A stretch of 47,548 bases of DNA, from the IMG/VR virus record IMGVR_UViG_3300037790_000016, positions 1 through 47,548 of that record, one strand, 5' to 3'. Shown here one piece after another: positions 8,032 through 16,859 of this stretch. This DNA is from a virus (taxonomy: Duplodnaviria > Caudoviricetes). Both the position numbers and the translations under genes were made by a program. The notes under the pieces are model-generated. The model was not told the DNA's origin, searched no databases, and worked only from the letters and a program-made list of their open reading frames with translations. Positions within the stretch are counted from its first letter, which is position 1, and the number at the start of each line of letters is the position of its first letter.

Positions 8032-8499
8032 ATGAGGCAAGGAAGACACACGATAGACATTAGAAATAATGAAGCTCAAACAATGCTAAAGAGTCCGATA
8101 CCCTTGAACCATTTCCATAAAATAGCTGGGATTAATAAAAAAGTAGGTACTGGATATTATAAGCACGAATACAATAAACTTAAACCGATAGTAGAAAACT
8201 ATAACGAACTGATTAAAATAGTTGAGCAAACTAAGTTTTACTATCAGTACACAAATGAAAAGACCGAACCGAATATTTATATCTATTACGGCATTATAGA
8301 AGCTTTGGACGATATGGGATTAACCTCTACTTTAATTGGTAGAATAGTTAATCGGAATAGGTCAACTATAACAACAGCTTTACAGACTATCAAAAATGAC
8401 CAGTATAGAATAAGCCAAATAATCAAACAAGATGTAAAGAACCATATAAAACAACTTGTAATGCAAAAAATAGGAAAGTTAGAATGGAAAGCGAATTAA
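8032..8499 (+). CDS. Hypothetical protein with a DnaA-C-like HTH
   Basis: LIGRIVNRNRSTITTAL resembles the DnaA domain IV IG..F.RDHSTV motif. Confidence 0.5.
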   Translation: MRQGRHTIDIRNNEAQTMLKSPIPLNHFHKIAGINKKVGTGYYKHEYNKLKPIVENYNELIKIVEQTKFYYQYTNEKTEPNIYIYYGIIEALDDMGLTSTLIGRIVNRNRSTITTALQTIKNDQYRISQIIKQDVKNHIKQLVMQKIGKLEWKAN

Positions 8500-8586
8500 T
8501 GATATTAGTAGCTGGGTTTTTACTCGGTTACTGGATAGATGAGATAACAGAACCAATTTACAATTTATTTAACAAAGGAGATGACA

Positions 8587-8997
8587 ATGAAGTCACTAAA
8601 TAGAGTATCCTTATTAGGAAACGTAGGAAAAGAGCCAGAAATAAGAACGACACCGAACGGAAATAAAGTAGCTAATATGTCAGTAGCGACTACTGAAAGC
8701 TACAAAGACAAGTCAGGGAACTGGCAAGACTCAACTGAATGGCACAAAGTACAAGGCTGGGCTTATATAGCAGACCAGATAGAGAAATTAGACAAAGGGT
8801 CTAAGGTATATGTAGAGGGTAAGATTAAAACTCGAAGCTATGAAGACAAACAAGGACAAACTAAGTATATAACTGAGATAGTAGCGTCTGGGATTGTGAA
8901 CTTAAACCAAAATGATAGAGCGATAGACTCCCAGCCAAATTACGACAAGTTTGAAGATACTGATAAAAGCGACATTGGGGACGATGTACCATTTTAA
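8587..8997 (+). CDS. ssb: Single-stranded DNA-binding protein
   Basis: LNRVSLLGNVGKEPE, TEWH, KGSKVYVEG, acidic DDVPF tail. Confidence 0.95.
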   Translation: MKSLNRVSLLGNVGKEPEIRTTPNGNKVANMSVATTESYKDKSGNWQDSTEWHKVQGWAYIADQIEKLDKGSKVYVEGKIKTRSYEDKQGQTKYITEIVASGIVNLNQNDRAIDSQPNYDKFEDTDKSDIGDDVPF

Positions 8998-9008
8998 TTG
9001 AAAATTTA

Positions 9009-9040
9009 TTTGCATATATAAAATTATTTACTTAATTTTG
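9009..9040 (+). promoter_or_regulatory. FCB-type promoter
   Basis: TTTG-N20-TAATTTTG. Confidence 0.7.
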
Positions 9041-9080
9041 TATAGTTGGTTTGAGTAAGACCTCCTATTTATTTATAAAC

Positions 9081-9149
9081 GGTTACTACTGCAACCGAAT
9101 AACTAAACAATGTTTAGCGTGGCTGTAAAGCATAGGTTGCAGAGTAATT
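9081..9149 (+). ncRNA. Candidate structured leader RNA (three-way junction)
   Basis: CTGCAACC/GGTTGCAG stem extended by GGTTACT/AGTAATT, enclosing a CTAAAC/GTTTAG hairpin and a GCT-GTAA-AGC GNRA hairpin. Confidence 0.45.
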
Positions 9150-9175
9150 GAAAAACAAACAAACGGAGTAATAAA

Positions 9176-9787
9176 ATGCCGTCAGCTTACACGGATAAAA
9201 TAGTAAAGGGTAGTATAACTGAGTTTGAAGATTTCGCAAAACTTTGTACAAAGGCTTTTTTAATACATTTAAGAGATGAGCCTTTAAGTACGGAATACAA
9301 AAAAAGAGAGCCGTCAAATTATCACTTAAAACAAATTGAAAGAGCTAAAAAAGAACTTAAAGAGTTAGAAAATATTTCTAATGAACAGCTATTGATGGAT
9401 AAAAGGTCGGAATTAATTAATGATAGAGACAGAGTAGTTAATAATGTAAAAAATACAAAAAAACTAAAAAGTACAGTTTTAGAATTTTTAGATAAAGCAA
9501 AGAAATTCAAACCACCAACCGAGAGTCATAAAGGAATAAAGGAATTTATGATAGAACAGTTAGAAAGTACTATCAAGTGGGATTGTTCAACAGAATGGTC
9601 AGACAGGACTTTAGAAAACATAGAGAAAAATCTCAAAAACTTAGATGCGGAAAAAGTCAGAGAAGTAATCAAAGATAATTGTTTAGACTCAATTGAGTAT
9701 CACACAAAAGAACACGAAAAAGAGTTACAGAGTTGTAATGATACTAATCAATGGTATCAACAATTTATACAAAGCTTAGAAAAATAA
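9176..9787 (+). CDS. Hypothetical coiled-coil phage protein
   Basis: 203-aa ORF with GGAG RBS. Confidence 0.75.
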   Translation: MPSAYTDKIVKGSITEFEDFAKLCTKAFLIHLRDEPLSTEYKKREPSNYHLKQIERAKKELKELENISNEQLLMDKRSELINDRDRVVNNVKNTKKLKSTVLEFLDKAKKFKPPTESHKGIKEFMIEQLESTIKWDCSTEWSDRTLENIEKNLKNLDAEKVREVIKDNCLDSIEYHTKEHEKELQSCNDTNQWYQQFIQSLEK

Positions 9788-9941
9788 TCCCAGCTCGGGG
9801 GCTGGGTAAGTATCATTAACAAAACAAAGGGAGTTTAGAATTTAGCTTAGCGGTGGGGAGTAGCAGTTATATTTTTGAAGTATTTTATAAACATAAGTTT
9901 AGTATTTGCGAAAACCACCAAAGAGCTACTTAAAAAGAATT

Positions 9942-10178
9942 ATGAGATGGAGTTTAGAACAAGAGAAGTATTTAATAGACCACTACGGTAAAAAAGACAC
10001 TATCTACATAGCAAAGGAATTACGGAAGTCATTACCAACGGTTTACACGAAAGCTCAGCGAATGGGTTTGAAGTACATAACCCAAGCCGAACGCTATGCA
10101 ATGGAGCAGGAGCGAAAAGCTAAGATGGACGATACGAAAGAGTTAATAGATAATACATTGTTAAGGTTAGGGATTTAG
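9942..10178 (+). CDS. Small HTH/Myb-like DNA-binding protein
   Basis: RWS.EQE.YL..HY......IAKELRKS...VY.KA.RMGL. Confidence 0.65.
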   Translation: MRWSLEQEKYLIDHYGKKDTIYIAKELRKSLPTVYTKAQRMGLKYITQAERYAMEQERKAKMDDTKELIDNTLLRLGI

Positions 10179-10209
10179 CAAAAAAAAATAAATAAAATTA
10201 TTTATTAAA

Positions 10210-10241
10210 TTTGGAAAAGTCATAATAATTTACTATATTAG
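10210..10241 (+). promoter_or_regulatory. Motif TTTGGAAAAGTC-N12-TATRTTAG, copy 1 (putative middle/late promoter)
   Basis: Three copies with identical spacing (10210, 23437, 26170). Confidence 0.7.
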
Positions 10242-10252
10242 AGTCAGTTACA

Positions 10253-10552
10253 ATGGAGATAGTGAAACAATTCTTAAACAATAAAGAATATAAGTTACCT
10301 ATCAATTTATACAAACTCAATCCTTGTAGGGAGTGGGTATTAGCAAAATTAAGATTAAACGGTCTTTACGTGAAAGTAGCTTTGATAATGAACGAGTTAA
10401 ATTATAGAGGTATATCCGTTGAGGAAACGGCTGGGATGCTGACCAAAATAATGGAGCTTAGCGAAAAGCACTCAGTAGAGCGAGTAGTCGAGATAATGGA
10501 ACGATATGCCAAATCGAAGCGAGCTGAAGAAGGAATTGACGACTCTTTTTAA
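10253..10552 (+). CDS. Hypothetical protein
   Basis: ORF directly after the promoter motif. Confidence 0.6.
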   Translation: MEIVKQFLNNKEYKLPINLYKLNPCREWVLAKLRLNGLYVKVALIMNELNYRGISVEETAGMLTKIMELSEKHSVERVVEIMERYAKSKRAEEGIDDSF

Positions 10553-10892
10553 CTATTACATTAAGTTAAAAGAGGTAAACCATCAAGGGTATATTAAGTG
10601 CTTTACGTGTGATAGAGTGTGTCATATAAGTAACATAGACGCCGGTCATTTTCAAGGTAGCAAAAAGTCTACTGTAAGATGGGACGAAATGAATGTTAAA
10701 CCACAATGTAGGCAATGCAATAATACTAACAACGGAATGCGAGAAGAGTTTGCTAATAGATTGGATTTAAAGTACGGTTGTGGTACGGCTAAGAGATTAA
10801 AGGAAAGAGCGAATCAAACAAGCCACTTTAAAAGCGACTGGCTAAGACAAAAGATAGAATACTATAAGAGTAAGATATTAGATGCACAATAA
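10506..10892 (+). CDS. ninG: NinG/Rap-family recombination endonuclease
   Basis: CFTC, DAGHF, RWDEMNV.PQC..CN. Confidence 0.85.
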   Translation: MPNRSELKKELTTLFNYYIKLKEVNHQGYIKCFTCDRVCHISNIDAGHFQGSKKSTVRWDEMNVKPQCRQCNNTNNGMREEFANRLDLKYGCGTAKRLKERANQTSHFKSDWLRQKIEYYKSKILDAQ

Positions 10893-11307
10893 ACATTATA
10901 CAGGATTTGATTACGAGCCGTTGGACTTCATAATAAAGTTTAATCTCAACTTTGTTGAGGGTTCTTTTTTGAAGTATGTAACCAGATGCGAACGTAAGGG
11001 AGAAGCTTTTAAGGATTTAGACAAAGCTAATTTTTACTATAGAGGTGAGACTGGTGGTAATCAGTATCCGATGGACGTAATAAAGAGCCGTGCAAATGAT
11101 AAAGACTTCAGATTTGAGTTATTTGAATATTGTGCTTTGAATGAATTAAAGGACTGGCAGAATGAAGCATTATTTAGCTACTTTACTCGGAACTATACTG
11201 AGACCGATAGAGCGTTGGAAAGAGGAAAGCAGTCATTACGAGAATATAAAAAGCATATTGAAAGCTGTGAACGCCTCACCTTTTCAGATGGACTCGATAA
11301 TAATTGA
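10882..11307 (+). CDS. DUF3310-like protein
   Basis: HY...EPLDFI...LNFVEG..LKYVTR..RKG...DLDKA.FY. Confidence 0.75.
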   Translation: MHNKHYTGFDYEPLDFIIKFNLNFVEGSFLKYVTRCERKGEAFKDLDKANFYYRGETGGNQYPMDVIKSRANDKDFRFELFEYCALNELKDWQNEALFSYFTRNYTETDRALERGKQSLREYKKHIESCERLTFSDGLDNN

Positions 11308-11458
11308 GTCAGATAGGGAATTTACAGACGTGATAATGGACGTACACTACTTAGAGGGTAAGGAAACTGAGCTAACAGAGCTAATAGAATACTTTAGTAA
11401 GATAGAAGATAGTAGAATTAAGGTAAGAATTAACCAAACTTATGGATGCGTGAACTAA
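11288..11458 (+). CDS. Hypothetical protein
   Basis: In-frame internal ATG of the 11162..11458 ORF avoids a long overlap. Confidence 0.5.
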   Translation: MDSIIIESDREFTDVIMDVHYLEGKETELTELIEYFSKIEDSRIKVRINQTYGCVN

Positions 11459-11643
11459 TAAACATACTGGGAGAAATAATATTGCTAATACTATTTGTAT
11501 TCTTTGCAATATTCTCAGCTATTATAGTAGTAGGTTTTATATATGGAATACTCAAGGCAATTATTGACATTATTAGCAGAGCTTTTAAAGATACTAACAA
11601 TAGTAGTAGCTCTTTATCTAATCGGAATAATGATAGAAGCTAA
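11446..11643 (+). CDS. Small membrane protein
   Basis: Long hydrophobic stretch. Confidence 0.5.
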   Translation: MRELINILGEIILLILFVFFAIFSAIIVVGFIYGILKAIIDIISRAFKDTNNSSSSLSNRNNDRS

Positions 11644-11815
11644 CTTTGATTTTAGAGAATGGGCTTTAATAACACGCTGGGGCTTTGCAATTAGTTTTTT
11701 AATGCTATTAGACTATTCAGATGACAAAAAGCTCTTAGAGTGGCTAAAAAAGACAATAAAAGATATTTACAGTAAGGTTAATTACAGAGTAAAGCAATTT
11801 AGACAATGGTATTAA
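11543..11815 (+). CDS. Small membrane protein (start uncertain)
   Basis: Two hydrophobic segments; overlaps the previous ORF. Confidence 0.45.
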   Translation: MEYSRQLLTLLAELLKILTIVVALYLIGIMIEANFDFREWALITRWGFAISFLMLLDYSDDKKLLEWLKKTIKDIYSKVNYRVKQFRQWY

Positions 11816-12312
11816 GACACAAAGCTACATACAACGGTAAACTAAATATAGAAGACCGTCCGAAGTTTGTAAAAGATTTGGAGACGTTCAAAGGGAAGCC
11901 GTTTTACATTGTTCTTAGAAAAGATATATCTGAAGACTTAGACTATCTTAATAGATACTATTGGGCTTGTATCGTAGACGGTTTTAGTAATGAGTCTGGA
12001 TACTCTAAACACGAAGCCCATAATGTACTGAAAGATAGATACGGAATAGTGGAGCGTGAAAAGGTTGGGACTAAGTTAGATGTTGATACACTCGAAACGG
12101 CTTTGAGAATAACTACTAATTTATTGCAGAACTTCGCAAGTGCGAGTAATATAAAGCAAATAGTGTCCGAGAATGGTATTTGTTTAGAATATACCAAAGG
12201 GTATTCAGTAATGACAGCTAAGGAACGAATAGCATACCATAACAGATGCCGTGAGGGATTGTTTAAGGAATTGAATTTAAGTTTACCAAATGAAAGAGAA
12301 GTAGAAATATAA
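11806..12312 (+). CDS. NinB-like protein
   Basis: LNRYYW..IV......GYSKHEAHNVLK pattern. Confidence 0.55.
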   Translation: MVLRHKATYNGKLNIEDRPKFVKDLETFKGKPFYIVLRKDISEDLDYLNRYYWACIVDGFSNESGYSKHEAHNVLKDRYGIVEREKVGTKLDVDTLETALRITTNLLQNFASASNIKQIVSENGICLEYTKGYSVMTAKERIAYHNRCREGLFKELNLSLPNEREVEI

Positions 12313-12394
12313 AGCTGGGTAGGGTTTTTTTCCTAAGACTCCTGTTAATTACACCTAAGGAAAGGTACTCCATTATTTGTTTACCTACTCAGCT
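12313..12394 (+). ncRNA. Candidate intergenic structured RNA with CUCC-containing loops
   Basis: AGCTGGGTAGG/CCTACTCAGCT closing stem; inner TTCCT/AGGAA stem. Confidence 0.4.
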
Positions 12395-12409
12395 ATTATT
12401 TAAAGAGAT

Positions 12410-12619
12410 ATGATAAAGAAATTATACAAATATAAATATACAACTCAGAATGATTTATACGATATAGATAAATCTATGATTATTGAGAGTTACGTAGTGT
12501 CGAACTCATTACAAGAAGCTCTTGACTCAGCTTTTGAAGAGTTAAGTAATAAAAATACTCCGTCTTTACAATACAGTTTACTAGGGGTTGAGTATGTACC
12601 AAATGAAGTACACTATTAA
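12410..12619 (+). CDS. Hypothetical protein
   Basis: ORF in operon. Confidence 0.55.
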   Translation: MIKKLYKYKYTTQNDLYDIDKSMIIESYVVSNSLQEALDSAFEELSNKNTPSLQYSLLGVEYVPNEVHY

Positions 12620-12621
12620 TT

Positions 12622-12933
12622 ATGAAAACTGAAAGTGAAATACAAAATGAGATATTAGACTACCTAACAGATAGTGGTTATCTAACAACTCGTGTAAATA
12701 CTATTAAAAGCGGTTGGAGACGTAGCTATAAAGTACACAATACTAAAAAGTGTGCTGGGTTTCCAGATATATTAGCTATAAAAGACAATCAAAGTTTACT
12801 GATAGAAGTAAAAGACCATAAGGGACAACAAAAAAAGAGTCAAAAGGAATTTGAAAAGGTATGTGAGCAAACTGGCAATAATTACTATGTAGTTAGAAGT
12901 CTTACAGATGTAAAAGAAATAATAATGAATTGA
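12622..12933 (+). CDS. VRR-NUC domain nuclease
   Basis: ESEIQNEILDYL, GFPDI, IEVK...G.Q..SQ..F, YYVVRS. Confidence 0.9.
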   Translation: MKTESEIQNEILDYLTDSGYLTTRVNTIKSGWRRSYKVHNTKKCAGFPDILAIKDNQSLLIEVKDHKGQQKKSQKEFEKVCEQTGNNYYVVRSLTDVKEIIMN

Positions 12934-12934
12934 T

Positions 12935-13162
12935 ATGAAAGAGTTTACATTAAATATAATAATTATATTAATAGCTTTCACAGGTGTTGTGATAAAACTA
13001 AGCTCTTGGTTTTTATGGTTAATACCAGCGTTTTTAGTTTATGGATTAGACTACCCATCAGTTTACCTTTGGGGTTTTGCATTATCTATACCAGTAACGA
13101 TATTATCTGAATGGTTTGGAGACGTGATTACTCGACTAGCTAAAACTATGAGCGAAAATTAA
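12935..13162 (+). CDS. Small membrane protein
   Basis: Mostly hydrophobic 75 aa. Confidence 0.6.
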   Translation: MKEFTLNIIIILIAFTGVVIKLSSWFLWLIPAFLVYGLDYPSVYLWGFALSIPVTILSEWFGDVITRLAKTMSEN

Positions 13163-13163
13163 G

Positions 13164-13343
13164 ATGCCACTATACGAATACAAATACATAGATACTGGCG
13201 AAGTAGTAACAAAGCTACAAAGTATTAAAGATGAGCCGTTGAAAGAGATAGACGGTCGTAAGGTGGTAAGAATACCGAGTGTAGTAAATAGTAGGTTTAC
13301 TGGCTCAGGGTTTTATGAAACAGATTATAAGAATAAAGACTAA
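13164..13343 (+). CDS. FmdB-family protein lacking the Zn-binding cysteines (59 aa, not in the ORF track)
   Basis: MPLYEYK...LQSIKDEPL...RI.S...FTGSGFYETDY. Confidence 0.8.
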   Translation: MPLYEYKYIDTGEVVTKLQSIKDEPLKEIDGRKVVRIPSVVNSRFTGSGFYETDYKNKD

Positions 13344-13504
13344 CAGCAAAGGCACTAAGGTTTTCTCGTAGAATAAGTTTCCTTAGTGCTGGAGCTAATA
13401 ACAGGAAATATAAGTTTATTGACAAACTTAAATTAAGCAATACAATAGGATAAGTAAAAAGACCTATGCTTTATTGACAAATTTATTAACAATTAGAGAT
13501 ATAT

Positions 13505-13738
13505 ATGAGCAAAAAGAAAGCATTAGAAAACCCACAAACTGGGGAAGTTTACAAAAGAGTTTGCTATGAACAGCAAGAATTGTTTACAAAAATAACAAAA
13601 CTGCAAGACTTCAAAGCTTCAGATAAATACAAAGAAGTGTCACCAGTGCAAAGGGAGTTATTAAACACGCAATTGATGGCAATGAATCTTTACAACAGCG
13701 TACTAATATCAAGAATAGTAGAGTTCCAAAAAGATTAA
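13505..13738 (+). CDS. Conserved small phage protein (crAss001_48-like)
   Basis: R...E..EL..KI.KL..F...Q..LL..QL.AM..Y..VL..RI. Confidence 0.7.
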   Translation: MSKKKALENPQTGEVYKRVCYEQQELFTKITKLQDFKASDKYKEVSPVQRELLNTQLMAMNLYNSVLISRIVEFQKD

Positions 13739-13842
13739 AATAATATGGTGTGGGTGTGACTAAAATAATTAATGCAATCCTCCCAGTGATGAGTTAGATA
13801 AATCCCACACCGTTTAATAATAGGAAAAGAAATGAGGTAGAT

Positions 13843-14142
13843 ATGAAAATGAAAGTTTCAGGAAGAGGCACTGGTAAAACTCTAAAATGTTTAATAATGT
13901 CAGATAAAAAGCAGTACCCTATAATTTGCGAAAGTAAATATAGATGCACTGATTTAAAATTAATTGCTGAAGAGCTTGGGTTGGAGATACCAGAGCCTAT
14001 AAATTTCAACAATTATACAGCCGATATAATTGGTAGAAAGGCAGAAGGTTATATAATTGACGATGTCGATTATATATTGCAAAGTATGTTTGACAACAAA
14101 GTTAAGTTTATAACACTTTCAACTGAACCTAAGGCGGAATAG
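13843..14142 (+). CDS. Small P-loop-like phage protein
   Basis: GRGTGKT and IIDD motifs in 99 aa. Confidence 0.65.
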   Translation: MKMKVSGRGTGKTLKCLIMSDKKQYPIICESKYRCTDLKLIAEELGLEIPEPINFNNYTADIIGRKAEGYIIDDVDYILQSMFDNKVKFITLSTEPKAE

Positions 14143-14144
14143 TA

Positions 14145-14609
14145 ATGAGTAAAGAAACAATAAAGCTATATAGCCACGATGGGACTTTAGTAAAAGTAGC
14201 AAAGTTTTATAAAAATGACCATCCTGAAATTGGGTGGCGTTCAGGTTGGTTTAAAAGCTATGAAGATGCTGAAGATGATTTGGAGTTCCGAAAAAGAGTT
14301 GATTTTGCTATCCCAAATTGTGATGACAAGTTAAAAAAGGATATTGAAAATCTGAAGAATGATCTTGACATTATAAAGCGGTTGGAACGATTAGAAGATA
14401 AAAGATTTGAGTCGATAGACACCGAACAAGTCCATCTATCTGAAAGGATAGAAAAGTTAAGTAGAAAACTAAATGGAAAAGATAACAGGGTGGACGCTCT
14501 TTCAGATAAGATAGACAATATCAAAAAGGAAAGCAAAAGAGGTCAAGATTTACTGTTAGATAGGATTAAGGAACTTGAAAGTGAAAATAATGAAATTAGT
14601 TTTTTTTGA
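14145..14609 (+). CDS. Coiled-coil hypothetical protein
   Basis: Heptad-rich C-terminus. Confidence 0.6.
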   Translation: MSKETIKLYSHDGTLVKVAKFYKNDHPEIGWRSGWFKSYEDAEDDLEFRKRVDFAIPNCDDKLKKDIENLKNDLDIIKRLERLEDKRFESIDTEQVHLSERIEKLSRKLNGKDNRVDALSDKIDNIKKESKRGQDLLLDRIKELESENNEISFF

Positions 14610-14693
14610 ATTTGTAGTAGTATCACTTGCTATAACTTCATTGGCATTCTCATTATTCTCGTTCTTTTCAATAACCTAACATCTTAAAAGAGA

Positions 14694-14939
14694 ATGGAAA
14701 GTAAAGATATTAAATACCTTGCACAAATAAAAGAACAATGTAGAATATACCTCAGTGAAGTATTCGATATAGATGAGAAATACTTTTTATTAGAGGAAAT
14801 AACTAACAACGGTGCGGTTGTATCTTTTATAATCATAGACTATGATATATTCTTAGGTCAAAACAAACCAACAAGGATATACAAGGAAGTATTGTTTGAA
14901 AATGATTTACCAATAGGGTATAAGATATATGAAGACTGA
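14694..14939 (+). CDS. Hypothetical protein
   Basis: ORF. Confidence 0.55.
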   Translation: MESKDIKYLAQIKEQCRIYLSEVFDIDEKYFLLEEITNNGAVVSFIIIDYDIFLGQNKPTRIYKEVLFENDLPIGYKIYED

Positions 14940-14971
14940 GCAACTAACAGACTATGAAGAGATATTAGCGT

Positions 14972-15493
14972 ATGGAGGTTTGGAGTGAACTGGAAGCTAA
15001 CAAAAAGACATTATGTAAACTAAACGACGAAAGAACGACGATGGCACAGGGTAATACAAAACCAAAAGGGAAAGAATATATGGCTAATCTCGGTAAGAAA
15101 TTCGGAGATGGTCAAGACCCCTCTAAAGCTGGGAAAAAAGGCGGTAAAGCTAAGAACTTAGTCAACTATCTTAAACAAGAGCTTAATGTAGAGTTAGGAC
15201 ACTCTTTTACGTCTGACTCTATCTATGAAAGTATAGAGCTGTTAATAATGACACCGACAAGTAAGATAAAAGAGCTAAAGAATAACGATGCTTTACCAAT
15301 CAGTTTGTCAGTATATGCAAACGCTTTATTACAAGATAGAGAAAAAGGGCGTACATCTACAGTAGAGGATTTACTTAACAGGGTATATGGAAAAGCTAAA
15401 GAGAATGTTAATGTAACAACTGAAATGACCTATGAGGAAGCTCTAAAGAGAAAAAAACAATTAGATGACCTTAGAAGACGAAATAGTAGTTGA
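14972..15493 (+). CDS. Probable terminase small subunit (start uncertain, possibly 15041 or 15079 region)
   Basis: Directly upstream of terL; KFGDGQDP..AGKKGG and LLNRVYGKAKE motifs typical of TerS-position proteins. Confidence 0.65.
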   Translation: MEVWSELEANKKTLCKLNDERTTMAQGNTKPKGKEYMANLGKKFGDGQDPSKAGKKGGKAKNLVNYLKQELNVELGHSFTSDSIYESIELLIMTPTSKIKELKNNDALPISLSVYANALLQDREKGRTSTVEDLLNRVYGKAKENVNVTTEMTYEEALKRKKQLDDLRRRNSS

Positions 15494-16775
15494 CGAAATT
15501 ATACACTTTCAAGAGTGTGTAATAGACAATAGAGACGTTACTGGCTTTGTACCATACATAACACCAGAGTACAACGCTCCTGACCACCTAACACCATTAA
15601 CAAAGGAATTAGCTGAGATAACCTTTGACGGTGCTAAAAAGAATATATGTCTATCAGCACCACCTCAGCACTTCAAAACAACAACCTTACAGCATTGGTT
15701 AGCTTTACACTTAAAGATACATCCCAAAGCTAATATAGTCTATATGAGCTATAACGAAACATTAGCTACAGAGCGTACCTATGAGATAATAAAGATACTC
15801 AATAGAATGGGTATATATGGAGACCCAAAGCAAAGCACTAAAAAGCAATACTGGACTGAGCACGGTGGTAAGATAACAGCCGCTGGTATTGATGTTGGTT
15901 TTACAGGTCGTAAAGCAGATATTATAGTAATAGATGACCCACACCGAAGCTTAGACGATGTTAATTCAAACGCTCGAATGACTCAGTTAATAAATACTTT
16001 TACTGGCGTTGTTGAAACACGTGAGCAAAAGAATACCTCTGTTATAGTTACACATACACGTTGGAGTAAAAACGATTTAATCGGCTGGGTTTTAAAGAAT
16101 AGAAGTTACACTAATATCAACATCCCAGTAATAACAGACGGTAAAGCCCTATTACCTCAACTATTCGGTATAGAAGAGATAGAGAAAAAACGTAAAGAGT
16201 CTGAGAATGTCTTTAAAGCTATGTATATGGGTCAGCCCCCTGACTCAATAAACCAAGTGTTTAGAAGCGACGGTGTGCAATATTACACCGAACTACCAAG
16301 TGAGTATCAAAGCTTTGCAATAGGTGGGGATTTAGCTTATACTGATAAGACAAGAGCCGATTATACTTCAGTAGTCTATATGTACAAAGCTAATGACAAA
16401 TACTATATAGACCACGTAGAACGCTGGCAAAGAGACTTCAATTACTCACGTCAAAGACTAAAAGAGATTTACAACGATAAAGACACACCAATACAATTAG
16501 AGTACAACGGCGTACAAAAGGGGATTGTAGATACACTTATCTCAGACGGTCTATATATCAATAAGCAAAAGATAGACAGCTCGAAATACACACGCTCTTT
16601 AGAGTTTGCCTCAGCTTGGAACTTAGGCAACGTCTATCTAAAAAAAGGCGATTGGAATGAGTGGTATATAAAAGAGCTACTCGACTTCACTGGCTCTGGA
16701 AAAGAACACGATGACTGCGTGGACGCTTCGGTTTATGCTTACAAGGGTTTGCAGTCAAGTTTCGCGTTCGCTTAA
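15465..16775 (+). CDS. terL: Terminase large subunit
   Basis: APPQHFKTT Walker A variant, TGRKADIIVIDDPH Walker B, THTRW..DL.G, GGDLA, HDDCVDA nuclease motif. Confidence 0.95.
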   Translation: MTLEDEIVVDEIIHFQECVIDNRDVTGFVPYITPEYNAPDHLTPLTKELAEITFDGAKKNICLSAPPQHFKTTTLQHWLALHLKIHPKANIVYMSYNETLATERTYEIIKILNRMGIYGDPKQSTKKQYWTEHGGKITAAGIDVGFTGRKADIIVIDDPHRSLDDVNSNARMTQLINTFTGVVETREQKNTSVIVTHTRWSKNDLIGWVLKNRSYTNINIPVITDGKALLPQLFGIEEIEKKRKESENVFKAMYMGQPPDSINQVFRSDGVQYYTELPSEYQSFAIGGDLAYTDKTRADYTSVVYMYKANDKYYIDHVERWQRDFNYSRQRLKEIYNDKDTPIQLEYNGVQKGIVDTLISDGLYINKQKIDSSKYTRSLEFASAWNLGNVYLKKGDWNEWYIKELLDFTGSGKEHDDCVDASVYAYKGLQSSFAFA

Positions 16776-16827
16776 CCTATCTAAAAACAACTACTTACAA
16801 AAAACTTTCAAAAAAGTTTGCAAATAA

Positions 16828-16859
16828 TTTGCATATATAATTTTATTTATTTAATTTAG
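16828..16859 (+). promoter_or_regulatory. FCB-type promoter heading the small-gene array
   Basis: TTTG-N20-TAATTTAG; spacer nearly identical to those at 9009 and 44425. Confidence 0.65.

Noticed and set aside
15654-15686. Non-canonical terminase Walker A (APPQHFKTT) as a sign of inactivation
   Set aside because: Substitution of the Gly is tolerated in this terminase family; the Lys-Thr, Walker B and nuclease motifs are intact.
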